Below are positions 27,535-35,951 of a DNA stretch of 64,000 bases, piece by piece. Position 1 is the first letter of the stretch; every line of letters starts with the position of its first letter. Position numbers and translations under genes: made by a program. This DNA comes from Gemmatimonas sp. (GTDB lineage: Bacteria; Gemmatimonadota; Gemmatimonadetes; Gemmatimonadales; Gemmatimonadaceae). The stretch is from assembly GCA_011390935.1 (NCBI GenBank), contig JAABRL010000005.1:27915-91914 (forward strand), in the 5' to 3' direction. Below the pieces are notes generated by a model. It saw only the letters and a program-made list of their open reading frames with translations, searched no databases and had not been told where the DNA came from.

Positions 27535-27575
27535 GCGCCTGTTCGCGCGCCGGCTCGCCTTCGACATGTTTCGGC

Positions 27576-28229
27576 ATGCCACGCGACTCGCGTCGTCCGC
27601 CGCCGGCCCCGCCGGACGCCCACCCGCACGAGGAGCCCCTACCGCCTCCGCCCAAGCCTGGCGCGTGGCCGCCCGGAGCTCCCGTCCCACTCGCGGATCG
27701 GCAGCATCAGCCGCGGCGGCTCGCCCTCGCGCTCACGCGCGCCTCCGGGCTGGCGCTGGCGGTGGCGGTGACCGCCGCGCTGCTGGTGGTGACGCCGACG
27801 GGAACCGGCCGTGAGTCGATCGACCGCACGCGACGCGAGTTGCCGGGGCTGTTGGAGCCGGGCGAACCGCTGCTCGCGTATACGATCGTGTCGCGTCGAC
27901 GCCCAACCGATCTGTGGCGCCGCTCGTACGGCCTGCTGGCGGCCACGTCCCAACGGGTGCTCTACGTGCGCGCCGCGCCCCGTCCGCTGCTTCGTCCGGC
28001 AGACCCCGGGCCTCGCGTCATGCTCGTCCGCACCTGGCCCATCGACGCACGCATCGTCGTCGACTCGGAGCCCTTCGCGGCACGGGGTTCGATGACGGTC
28101 ATCTCACCAACCGGCGCCAGTCATTTCCGGGCGGAGGACATCAGCAGCGCACTCGACGTCCTCCGAGCGGCATACGAGCAACGGCCACCCACCGAGGGTG
28201 ACCGCGCTCGAGACTCGACGCCTTACTGA
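27576..28229 (+). CDS. Hypothetical membrane-anchored protein (Pro-rich N-terminus, one TM, PH/GRAM-like C-terminal domain)
   Basis: Frame of ORF 27498..28229. Third-position GC rises after the ATG at 27576. TM segment LALALTRASGLALAVAVTAALLVV. No catalytic motif. Confidence 0.45.
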   Translation: MPRDSRRPPPAPPDAHPHEEPLPPPPKPGAWPPGAPVPLADRQHQPRRLALALTRASGLALAVAVTAALLVVTPTGTGRESIDRTRRELPGLLEPGEPLLAYTIVSRRRPTDLWRRSYGLLAATSQRVLYVRAAPRPLLRPADPGPRVMLVRTWPIDARIVVDSEPFAARGSMTVISPTGASHFRAEDISSALDVLRAAYEQRPPTEGDRARDSTPY

Positions 28230-29209
28230 CCCAGGACGATGGCGAAGATGAGCGGGGCCACGATCGACGCATCTGACTCGATCACGAACTTGGGCGTGTC
28301 GATCGCCAGCTTGCCCCACGTGATCTTCTCATTGGGCACCGCACCCGAGTACGAACCGTAGCTCGTGGTGCTGTCGCTGATCTGACAGAAGTACCCCCAG
28401 AGCGGCACCTCCGTGCGCTGCAGATCCTGATGCAGCATCGGCACCACGCAGATGGGAAAATCGCCCGCGATGCCACCGCCGATCTGGAAGAACCCGAGCG
28501 ACGATTCCCTGGTGACCTGCGTGTAGTGCTCGGCGAGATAGATCATGTACTCGATGCCGCTGCGCACCGTGTGCACGTTCTTGATGTTGCCGTCGATCAC
28601 GTGCGAGGCGAAGATGTTGCCCGTGGTGGAATCTTCCCACCCCGGCACGATGATCGGCAGGTTCTTCTCGGCGGCGGCGAGCATCCACGAGTTCTTCGGA
28701 TCGATCTGGTAGTACTGCTCGAGCTTGCCGCTGCGCAGAATGCGATACATGAACTCGTGCGGGAAGTAGCGTTCCCCCGCCTGATCCGCGGCCTGCCACT
28801 CCTCGAGCACCGCCTTCTCGATGCGACGGATTGCTTCGGCCTCGGGAATGCACGTGTCGGTCACACGATTGAAGTGCTGCTCGAGCAGCTTCTGCTCATC
28901 CTGCGGGGTGAGGTCGCGATAGTTGGGCACCCGCGCGTAGTGATCGTGCGCGACGAGGTTGTAGATGTCTTCCTCGAGATTCGCGCCCGTGCACGTGATT
29001 GCATGCACCTTGTCCTGCCGGATCATCTCGGCGAGCGACAGGCCGAGTTCCGCCGTGCTCATCGCGCCTGCAAGCGTCACCATCATCTTGCCGCCCTGAT
29101 CCAGATGCGCGATGTAGCCGTCGGCCGCATCGATGAGCGCCGCGGCATTGAAGTGACGGTAGTGGTGACGCAGAAACGCCGTGACGGGCGCATTGGAAGA
29201 CTGAGACAT
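28223..29209 (-). CDS. Deoxyhypusine synthase family protein (bacterial DHS homologue)
   Basis: MVTLAGAMSTAELG...ITCTGANLEEDI...GWEDST...GGGIAGDFP...NEKITWGKL is collinear with DHS, including the WGK lysine. Trimmed to the ATG at 29209. Confidence 0.85.
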   Translation of the reverse strand: MSQSSNAPVTAFLRHHYRHFNAAALIDAADGYIAHLDQGGKMMVTLAGAMSTAELGLSLAEMIRQDKVHAITCTGANLEEDIYNLVAHDHYARVPNYRDLTPQDEQKLLEQHFNRVTDTCIPEAEAIRRIEKAVLEEWQAADQAGERYFPHEFMYRILRSGKLEQYYQIDPKNSWMLAAAEKNLPIIVPGWEDSTTGNIFASHVIDGNIKNVHTVRSGIEYMIYLAEHYTQVTRESSLGFFQIGGGIAGDFPICVVPMLHQDLQRTEVPLWGYFCQISDSTTSYGSYSGAVPNEKITWGKLAIDTPKFVIESDASIVAPLIFAIVLGQ

Positions 29210-29308
29210 GAGCAGGATCGGATTCGGGTCGACGCGCCATCGGCGCATCAACGAGCTGCAGGAGGTGCGCACGCCCACGCGCACGCGGTGATCAGACGAC
29301 CCCGCAAT

Positions 29309-30985
29309 CTAGCGGAGCAGGAGCCAGACTGCGCCGCCAACCAGGAGCATCGCGACCGAACCGTTGCCCGTCGCCAGCGCGATCGCGGCCAGCGCCAGCA
29401 CACCCAGACCAGCCGTACGCCGAATCCGGCGCGTGGTGCGTGCGGACTCCCCCGCGAGCGCCGCGCGCGACGCCGCTGGCGTTGCGGCGCCGACCGGACG
29501 CCCCGACTCGTCCGTCAGGGCCGCCACGCGCACGCCACGCGCCTGATGGCGTGGCGACAGCTCCTGCAGCAGGATCAGACCCAGGCGCAGCGGAGCCAGC
29601 AGCAGATCGTCCCGTACGGGCAGCAATGACGCGACCGGTACGGAGTCGGGGCCCGCAGGCTCGGACGGCGCGCGGACGGTTGCCGCCGCACCGTCGAGGA
29701 GGCGTTGCAGCACGTGTACCACGTGGTCCCCTTCGCGCCCGCGTGCCTGCTCGATCAACCGTTCGGCGTCTGCCAGACGGCCGGCGCGCAGCGCGTCCAG
29801 CACCGCGAAGCGCAGCGTCGGTGCGTCGGCGGTGGTGGTGGGCGCATCGGGCGCCAGACTTCGTCCCCCCACCGGCGTGAGGCGCCAGCTACCCTCGGCG
29901 TCGGGGAAGGCGTCAAGCGCACCGCCGATCGGGAGGCCCATGCGTACGCTGCCAGACGCGTGTGCTTTCGGATCTCGCAACTCGGACTCCGGTCGTCCAA
30001 GCAGCTGGTGGAGGGAGGCCAATACCGCCCGGACCGCGTGCGACCGCCCCGAGCGTCCGGGCTCCTGCAACGCCCCCATGGCGGAGAGCGATTGCATGAG
30101 CCGACGGACATCCGCCTCCAGCGCGTCGCGCGACGTCGCGCCAAGGCGGGCGCCGAGCCCACGCAGCGCGGCGTCGACCGGATCAAGTCGTGGGGGAGGG
30201 GACGCTGCGGTGACGGTATCCGCGGCCGGCGAGGGCGTCGGCTGCGCGGCCGGAGTGGACGGAGCAGACGAGGCGGCCGGGCCGGTGACGCGCACTGCGC
30301 GCTGTTCGTTGGCACTCGCCCGCAAGATCGCCTGCCGGGCCCAGGCGATCACCGGATCGTTGTGTCCGCCCCCCTCGAGCTCCGCGAGCAGCGCCTGCGC
30401 GCCGGCAGCATCACCGCCGCGAGCACTCAGGACGGCATCCCACGCCCGCAGCAGTGGCACACCGGGACGCTGCGCCAGGACCTCGGACAGGGCGGCGCGC
30501 GCGCCGGCGGCGTGACCGGCAGCCGAACGGATCACCGAGAGCAGAAAGACCAGCGCGGGGGAGCGGTCGCGCACGGACGCGGCCTGCTGCAGGACTCGCT
30601 CGGCCTCGCCCGGCAGACCAAGCAACGTGAGGGCCGATGCCCGGAAGTACCAGCCGCTCTCGGTGCGCGCGGCGCCATCCCACCCGGCGTCGAGCGCGGC
30701 CAGCACCTCCATGGGCGCTCCGCGCACCAAGGCACCACGCGCGCGTTCGAGCAGCTCCGCGAGCGCCACGGAGCCCGGTTGCTCGCGGACGACCAGTGCG
30801 TCGGCGCCACGGTCGAGCAACCCGGGCAGATCGACGCCAGCGCGACTGAGATCCGGCAACAACGGGTCGCCGGTGCCGTGCACCGGCGCGATGGGCCGCA
30901 CGACCGCGCCCCCAAGGTCCGCCTGCCCTGCGGGACGAAGTGGAAGCAGCGGCGCGCCGCTGGCGCCTACGCCAGACGTGCTCAC
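29309..30985 (-). CDS. Large Ala-rich helical-repeat (TPR-like) protein with C-terminal TM anchor
   Basis: 558 aa with a GTG start. Helical repeats in the N-terminal half, a Pro/Ala/Ser linker, and a C-terminal hydrophobic segment GLGVLALAAIALATGNGSVAMLLVGGAVWLLL. Confidence 0.45.
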   Translation of the reverse strand: MSTSGVGASGAPLLPLRPAGQADLGGAVVRPIAPVHGTGDPLLPDLSRAGVDLPGLLDRGADALVVREQPGSVALAELLERARGALVRGAPMEVLAALDAGWDGAARTESGWYFRASALTLLGLPGEAERVLQQAASVRDRSPALVFLLSVIRSAAGHAAGARAALSEVLAQRPGVPLLRAWDAVLSARGGDAAGAQALLAELEGGGHNDPVIAWARQAILRASANEQRAVRVTGPAASSAPSTPAAQPTPSPAADTVTAASPPPRLDPVDAALRGLGARLGATSRDALEADVRRLMQSLSAMGALQEPGRSGRSHAVRAVLASLHQLLGRPESELRDPKAHASGSVRMGLPIGGALDAFPDAEGSWRLTPVGGRSLAPDAPTTTADAPTLRFAVLDALRAGRLADAERLIEQARGREGDHVVHVLQRLLDGAAATVRAPSEPAGPDSVPVASLLPVRDDLLLAPLRLGLILLQELSPRHQARGVRVAALTDESGRPVGAATPAASRAALAGESARTTRRIRRTAGLGVLALAAIALATGNGSVAMLLVGGAVWLLLR

Positions 30986-31100
30986 TACACCGTCGCTCGT
31001 AAGCGCGAGCGAAGCATGGGGTCGGACGGGCGGGCCATCCGGGGAAGTCTCGACCCCGATCCGCGCTGGCTTGAGCTCTTGCCCAGCGCGTCAGCACGGA

Positions 31101-31370
31101 TCAGCTCAGCGCGTCGACCAGCGCGTCCTGCAGCGGCACGGGGCTGTAGTGCTCCAGGTCGGCGTGCTGCCGATAGGCGCGCCCATCGGTGTCGAGCACC
31201 AGTCGACGATGCGTCGTCGAGTGCTCGTACAGGCGCAGCTGACCCACATCGTGCGGCCCGTCCACGAAGCCGACGAACCAGAACGCAGACGACGCGTCAC
31301 GCGCCTCTTCGCCGTATTCGCGAATGAGCGCGCGTTCGAGAGGAATCCAATCGGGAGAACGAAAAACCAT
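31101..31370 (-). CDS. Small hypothetical protein (89 aa)
   Basis: ATG-initiated ORF with coding-like composition. No recognisable motif. Confidence 0.45.
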   Translation of the reverse strand: MVFRSPDWIPLERALIREYGEEARDASSAFWFVGFVDGPHDVGQLRLYEHSTTHRRLVLDTDGRAYRQHADLEHYSPVPLQDALVDALS

Positions 31371-31436
31371 GATGCCGTGCGGATGAGGGGAGCGTTGCTG
31401 GGGAGACGCCCGCCACGCCGCTGCGTCACGGCATCG

Positions 31437-32429
31437 TCACCGGCGCGGCACGCGCGTTTCGTGCGATGCGTCACCACGGGACGACATCATCATGTCGGGC
31501 GCATGGATGCACCCGGCGGGCACGTGCCGTCGCACGAACGCCGCAGCGACATCGAGGGATTGGCGCGCCTCCGGCAGGAAGCCCGCCAGGAACTGCCAGA
31601 CATGCGGCATCTCATCCCAGAGGCGGCACTCCACGGTGACGCCAGCGGCGCGCGCACGATCCGCGAAGCGCAGCGTATCGTCGCGCAGCAGCTCGGTGGT
31701 GCTGGCGTGCACGCACAGCGGTGGCAACGCCGACAGGTCGCCGAAAAGCGGAGACAGCTCGGGGTCGGAAATGGGTCGCCCCCCCGCGTACAGCTGCGCC
31801 GCCTGCTCGAGCTGGGTCGGCATGAACATCGCACAGCGCTGCGCGTTCTCCTGCAGCGACGGGCCGGTGCACGCCAGGTCGGTCCACGGGCTGAACGTCA
31901 CGATGGCGGACGGCATGGGCAGGCCGGCGTCGGCGCTCGCCAGTGCGGCCGCCAACACCAAGCCGCCGCCGGCTGAATCGCCGGCCCACACCGCATGCGC
32001 CGGATCAACGCCACACTGCTCGAGCATCCAGCGCCACGTGGCCACGACATCATCGCGTCCCGCGGGGAACGGATGCTCCGGTGCCAGCCGGTAGTCGGGG
32101 ACAACGGCCAGTGCACTCCACTCGCGAGCGAGTCGTGCGGCCAGCGGACGGTGCGTAGCGGGTGAGCAGGCGATGTAGCCGCCCCCGTGCACGTACAGCA
32201 GGGTGCGTTCCAACGCCGCCTCGTCGTTCGCGCGCGGCGGCGCGAGCAGCTCCACCGGCACGTGCCCGGCGTGCCGCGTCTGTCGGACGATCGCGGGCGT
32301 CACGACCTGCCGCATCCACATGGGTCGGCCGATCTGCGCGCGCACCCACGGCACGTCGAGCGGGCGCTCGGCGTGTCGTTTGAATCGCCAACGGATGGCG
32401 AGATCAGCCAGTCGGAGTCGCAGATGCAT
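31437..32429 (-). CDS. Alpha/beta-hydrolase, hormone-sensitive-lipase-like esterase
   Basis: Oxyanion motif LLYVHGGGY and nucleophile elbow GDSAGGG. Trimmed to the ATG at 32429. Confidence 0.8.
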   Translation of the reverse strand: MHLRLRLADLAIRWRFKRHAERPLDVPWVRAQIGRPMWMRQVVTPAIVRQTRHAGHVPVELLAPPRANDEAALERTLLYVHGGGYIACSPATHRPLAARLAREWSALAVVPDYRLAPEHPFPAGRDDVVATWRWMLEQCGVDPAHAVWAGDSAGGGLVLAAALASADAGLPMPSAIVTFSPWTDLACTGPSLQENAQRCAMFMPTQLEQAAQLYAGGRPISDPELSPLFGDLSALPPLCVHASTTELLRDDTLRFADRARAAGVTVECRLWDEMPHVWQFLAGFLPEARQSLDVAAAFVRRHVPAGCIHAPDMMMSSRGDASHETRVPRR

Positions 32430-32599
32430 GCAGTGCCTGTACGAGAGCGGTCGGTTGCTCGGGGTGAACGGGCGTTTGACGGCGGTGTGCCCCTGCCGGG
32501 AACTCTTCGCTGGTCGCCGGGTCAGATCCGCGTAACATACATGCATCCGACGAAGACGCCGTCTGCACATGAAGGCCCCTGCAGTCCAAGGAGCGCCCG

Positions 32600-33523
32600 A
32601 TGTTGCTCGTGACCGGAGCCGCCAGCATTGTGGGACGACACGTCGTCCATGCGCTGGCCGAAGCAGGAACCCCACTGCGTGCCATGGTACGCACTCGCAG
32701 CGCGATCGCGGCCGACGAGTTCGACACCGCGGAACTCATCGTCGGCGACCTCGCCGATGGGCGCACACTCGACTCGGCGTTGGCAGGAGTCGACACGCTA
32801 CTGCTCCTCACACGTCCGCACCCGGATCTGATCGCTCACGATCGCAGTGTACTGGCCGCGGCGCATCAGCATGGCGTGCAGCGGGTGGTCAAACTCTCCG
32901 TGGCGGGCGCAATGGCGACCTCGCCCCTCGCGATCGCACGATGGCATGCAGAGTCGGAGGCGCTGCTGACCGCCAGTCACTTCGACTACGCGATCGTGCG
33001 TGCGCATCGACCACGACAGCATCTCTATGCTCAGGTGGACTGCCTTCGTTCGCAACGTGCGTTCTACGGGTGTCAGGGCGATGGCGAGGCGGTGGACGTG
33101 GATGTTCGTGATGTCGCCGATGTGCTGGCACATCTGGCCCTGCACCCCGCGCTGGGCCGAGAGGTGCTCGAGGTCTCGGGTGCGGAACCGCGTCGCGCGG
33201 CCGACGTGGCGCAGGCACTCGGAGAGCGGATGGGCCAGCCGATTCGGTATGTGGATTGTGCGCCGAAAGACTACGTCCGCGCACTGCTGGCCGGGGGCGT
33301 GGCCCGCCAACAGGCAGACGATCGCGCGGCGTGGCAACTGCTGTTGCGTGAGGGGCAATTCGGCACACCCACTGATACGGTGGAGCGCATCACCGGCCGC
33401 CGTCCGCGGACGCTGCGCTCGTTCGCCTCGGAGTTCGCCGAGGCCATTCGGTATGCAGCCGCGCCCAGCCCACGCCGAGCGGCGCAGGCGGCGTCGGAGG
33501 CGGCTCAGCCCGTACCGATCTGA
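32600..33523 (+). CDS. NmrA-like / atypical SDR NAD(P)-binding protein
   Basis: MLLVTGAASIVGRHVVHALAEAG Rossmann motif. AAGGAG Shine-Dalgarno 6 nt upstream of the ATG. Confidence 0.75.
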   Translation: MLLVTGAASIVGRHVVHALAEAGTPLRAMVRTRSAIAADEFDTAELIVGDLADGRTLDSALAGVDTLLLLTRPHPDLIAHDRSVLAAAHQHGVQRVVKLSVAGAMATSPLAIARWHAESEALLTASHFDYAIVRAHRPRQHLYAQVDCLRSQRAFYGCQGDGEAVDVDVRDVADVLAHLALHPALGREVLEVSGAEPRRAADVAQALGERMGQPIRYVDCAPKDYVRALLAGGVARQQADDRAAWQLLLREGQFGTPTDTVERITGRRPRTLRSFASEFAEAIRYAAAPSPRRAAQAASEAAQPVPI

Positions 33524-34368
33524 CGCTCGACCTGCTCGCGATAGTGTCGGCTCAATCGCAGCCGCGCACCGTTCTGCAGGATTACGACGTAGTCGCCCGA
33601 GAACCACTGCTGCATCTCCTGGATGCGGTTGAGGTTCACGATCGTGGAACGATGAATGCGCGCGAACACGCGCGGATCGAGTGTGTCCTCGAGGCGACTG
33701 ATGCGATCGCGAATGGTGTGCGTCGTGCCACCGACATGCAGTCGCACGTAGTTGCGATCGGCCTCGATCCAGTCGATGTCGGCCACCTTCACGAAGAACA
33801 TGCGGCCGTCGTCCTTCACCAGCAGCCGGCTGGCGTAGGCCGGTGTGGGAGCGCCAAGCGCGGCCTGACCTCCGGGGGGCGTCAGCGAGGACGCCGTGAG
33901 CCCCGACACGGCGAGCGGCTCGGACGCCGCCGACTCGCCGGAGGCCGAGACGCGCCGCACCGTCTCCAGCAATTGCCCGAGCCGGTCCGCGGCGGCCGCG
34001 TGCGCGTACGACTGGCGTGCGCGATCGAAGGCGACGCGGAATCGGTCGGCGTCCACCGGCTTGAGTACGTAGTCCACCGCGTGGACATCGAACGCGCGCA
34101 CTGCGTAGTCGTCATGTGCGGTCACGAACACGACGCGCGGCGCCACTTCTCCCTGCAGCGCCTGTAGCACCCCGAAACCGTCGAGTTCAGGCATCTGCAC
34201 ATCGAGCAGCACCACATCGGGGCGGTGGTTGCGAATGGCGTCGAGTGCCTCGAGGCCATCGACACACTCGCCAATCACCTCGGCGTCGGGTTCGGCCAGT
34301 ACCAGCCGTCGCAGTCGCTGCCGTGCCAGCGTCTCGTCATCCACGATCAGTACTCGTAGCGCCACCAT
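33505..34368 (-). CDS. LytTR-family response regulator
   Basis: REC domain VLIVDDETLARQRL...VVLLDVQMPELDG, a long Ser/Ala linker, and a C-terminal LytTR domain (FVKVADIDWIEADRNYVRLH...IHRSTIVNLNRI). GGAGG lies upstream of the ATG at 34368. Confidence 0.9.
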   Translation of the reverse strand: MVALRVLIVDDETLARQRLRRLVLAEPDAEVIGECVDGLEALDAIRNHRPDVVLLDVQMPELDGFGVLQALQGEVAPRVVFVTAHDDYAVRAFDVHAVDYVLKPVDADRFRVAFDRARQSYAHAAAADRLGQLLETVRRVSASGESAASEPLAVSGLTASSLTPPGGQAALGAPTPAYASRLLVKDDGRMFFVKVADIDWIEADRNYVRLHVGGTTHTIRDRISRLEDTLDPRVFARIHRSTIVNLNRIQEMQQWFSGDYVVILQNGARLRLSRHYREQVERQIGTG

Positions 34369-34508
34369 AGTTTCGCCTCCGGCTGGTGTCCCGATGCGAC
34401 GCCGCGCGCGTCCAGGCACGCCGTACGCGCGTTGGCGCCGGCAGTTTCGTCTGGCCGACGGCTCGTCCCAGGCCCCTCGACCGCACCACCCCGTGCCGCT
34501 AGCCTCCG

Positions 34509-35801
34509 GTGTGTCACCCGCGGCCGCGCCAGCGTTGCCTGCGTTCATCGGGTGCGCGTTGCGAACGCGTTCATGACGCGCGCGACGTTGCCCCGCTCGA
34601 TCGTCGCCGCCCCCCTGCCCCAGCCCGCGTGCTCACCCCGTCGTCACCATCACTGCTCGCCGCCACCACGATCACGATCGCCGACGAGGGCGTGCGATTG
34701 CGCCGGCTCACGCGCACGCTCTTCGCGCTCGTGTGGCTCGTGCCCGGCATTCTCGCGGGCATACTGGCCTGGACCGTAGCCCGTGAGCAGCAGCTTCCGC
34801 TGTCACTCGGCGCTGCGCTGACGTGGCAGATCGCTCGGTGGTCGTTGTGGGCCGTCTGGTCGCAGGTCGTGCTGACCCTCGTGGAACGGGTCCCGCTCTC
34901 GGCCGATCGCCTCGGACGATGGCTGGCCGTGCATCTCGTCACGTGGCCCGGCGTGGTGCTCGCCAACGTCGTGCTCGTCGGTTGGCTCGACTGGCAGTTC
35001 GCGCCGTGGGCCGACGGTGTGCCGCGTTTTGTTGACGCCGTACGACTGACCTCGCAGCGCCACCTCGATTTCGATGTGATCATGTACTGGGCGTTGCTCG
35101 GCGCGGCCTACCTGATCGAGTACATCCGTCGCTATCGCGAACGCGACCGCGTGGCGCTCGCGCTCGAGCAGCAGCTGGCGCGCCAACAGCTGGAGGCGCT
35201 GCGCATGCAGCTCAATCCGCACTTTCTCTTCAACGCCCTCAACTCCGTCACGGAGCTGATGGAGGTCGATGTCCGCCGCGCCCAGCGGGCGCTCTCGGCC
35301 GTGAGCGACCTGCTGCGGCTCTCGCTCCGCTCCGCCACACAGCCGACGGTCCCCCTGTGGCAGGAGATCGAGCTGGTCGAGCTGTATCTGCAGGTGGCGC
35401 GCGTGCGCTTCGGGGATGGACTGGTGACCGACATCGAGGTCGATCCGGGCGCGGTCGACCTGGAGGTGCCGAGCTTTCTGCTGCAACCCCTGCTGGAGAA
35501 CGCGCTCAAACATGGTCTGCAGCCGGAGGGCGCCGGTCAGTCGGTCGTGGTGCACGCGCAGCGCCAGGGGGGGATGTTGCAGCTGCGCGTGACCGATAAT
35601 GGCCGCGGACTGGACGGCGGCGTGACCGACAGCGGCCGATTTCTCGCGGCGAGGCCGAGCGTGAACGGGCTGGGCATCGGCCTCGCAAATACGCGTGCGC
35701 GGCTCGCCCTGCTGTACGGGGATCGGTATGCGTTCCGGCTGTCGAAGGGGCCCTCGGGTGGCTGCACCGTGGAGATTCGCCTGCCGGTGGGCGGCGTCTG
35801 A
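34509..35801 (+). CDS. Membrane sensor histidine kinase, LytS/YehU (His_kinase + HATPase_c) type
   Basis: Hydrophobic N-terminal half, then LNPHFLFNALNSV and an HATPase_c region (LLENALKHG...DNGRG...GIGLANTRARL). The start is ambiguous: in-frame GTG codons at 34509, 34629 and 34692. Confidence 0.85.
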   Translation: MCHPRPRQRCLRSSGARCERVHDARDVAPLDRRRPPAPARVLTPSSPSLLAATTITIADEGVRLRRLTRTLFALVWLVPGILAGILAWTVAREQQLPLSLGAALTWQIARWSLWAVWSQVVLTLVERVPLSADRLGRWLAVHLVTWPGVVLANVVLVGWLDWQFAPWADGVPRFVDAVRLTSQRHLDFDVIMYWALLGAAYLIEYIRRYRERDRVALALEQQLARQQLEALRMQLNPHFLFNALNSVTELMEVDVRRAQRALSAVSDLLRLSLRSATQPTVPLWQEIELVELYLQVARVRFGDGLVTDIEVDPGAVDLEVPSFLLQPLLENALKHGLQPEGAGQSVVVHAQRQGGMLQLRVTDNGRGLDGGVTDSGRFLAARPSVNGLGIGLANTRARLALLYGDRYAFRLSKGPSGGCTVEIRLPVGGV

Positions 35802-35849
35802 CGTCGTCACACGCGGCGCATCAGGCGCTCCGAGCTCCGCTCCACTTGT

Positions 35850-35864
35850 TGAGAATTGTTCTCA
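35850..35864 (+). promoter_or_regulatory. Fur-family-like 7-1-7 inverted repeat
   Basis: TGAGAAT-T-GTTCTCA matches TGATAAT-N-ATTATCA at 12 of 14 arm positions. It sits in a local AT-rich patch 8 nt upstream of the -35 box. Confidence 0.4.
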
Positions 35865-35871
35865 TTGAAGG

Positions 35872-35900
35872 TTGACAGCGAACGCGCCGCCCCCTACACT
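35872..35900 (+). promoter_or_regulatory. Sigma-70-like promoter of the CbiX-like gene
   Basis: TTGACA (35872-35877), a 17-nt spacer, then TACACT (35895-35900). Lies about 50 nt upstream of the ATG at 35952. Confidence 0.55.
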
Positions 35901-35951
35901 CGTGGCGGTCACCTGTTCGCATCGCCAATCCCGACAAGACTACTCCCATCT

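Noticed and set aside
27567-27690. The most upstream starts of the LacI ORF (27690, and the ATG at 27567) taken as the true start.
   Set aside because: They would add 45-85 Arg-rich residues ahead of the HTH and bury the TTGACA box and the LacI-type palindrome inside coding sequence. This remains only as an alternative in the finding.
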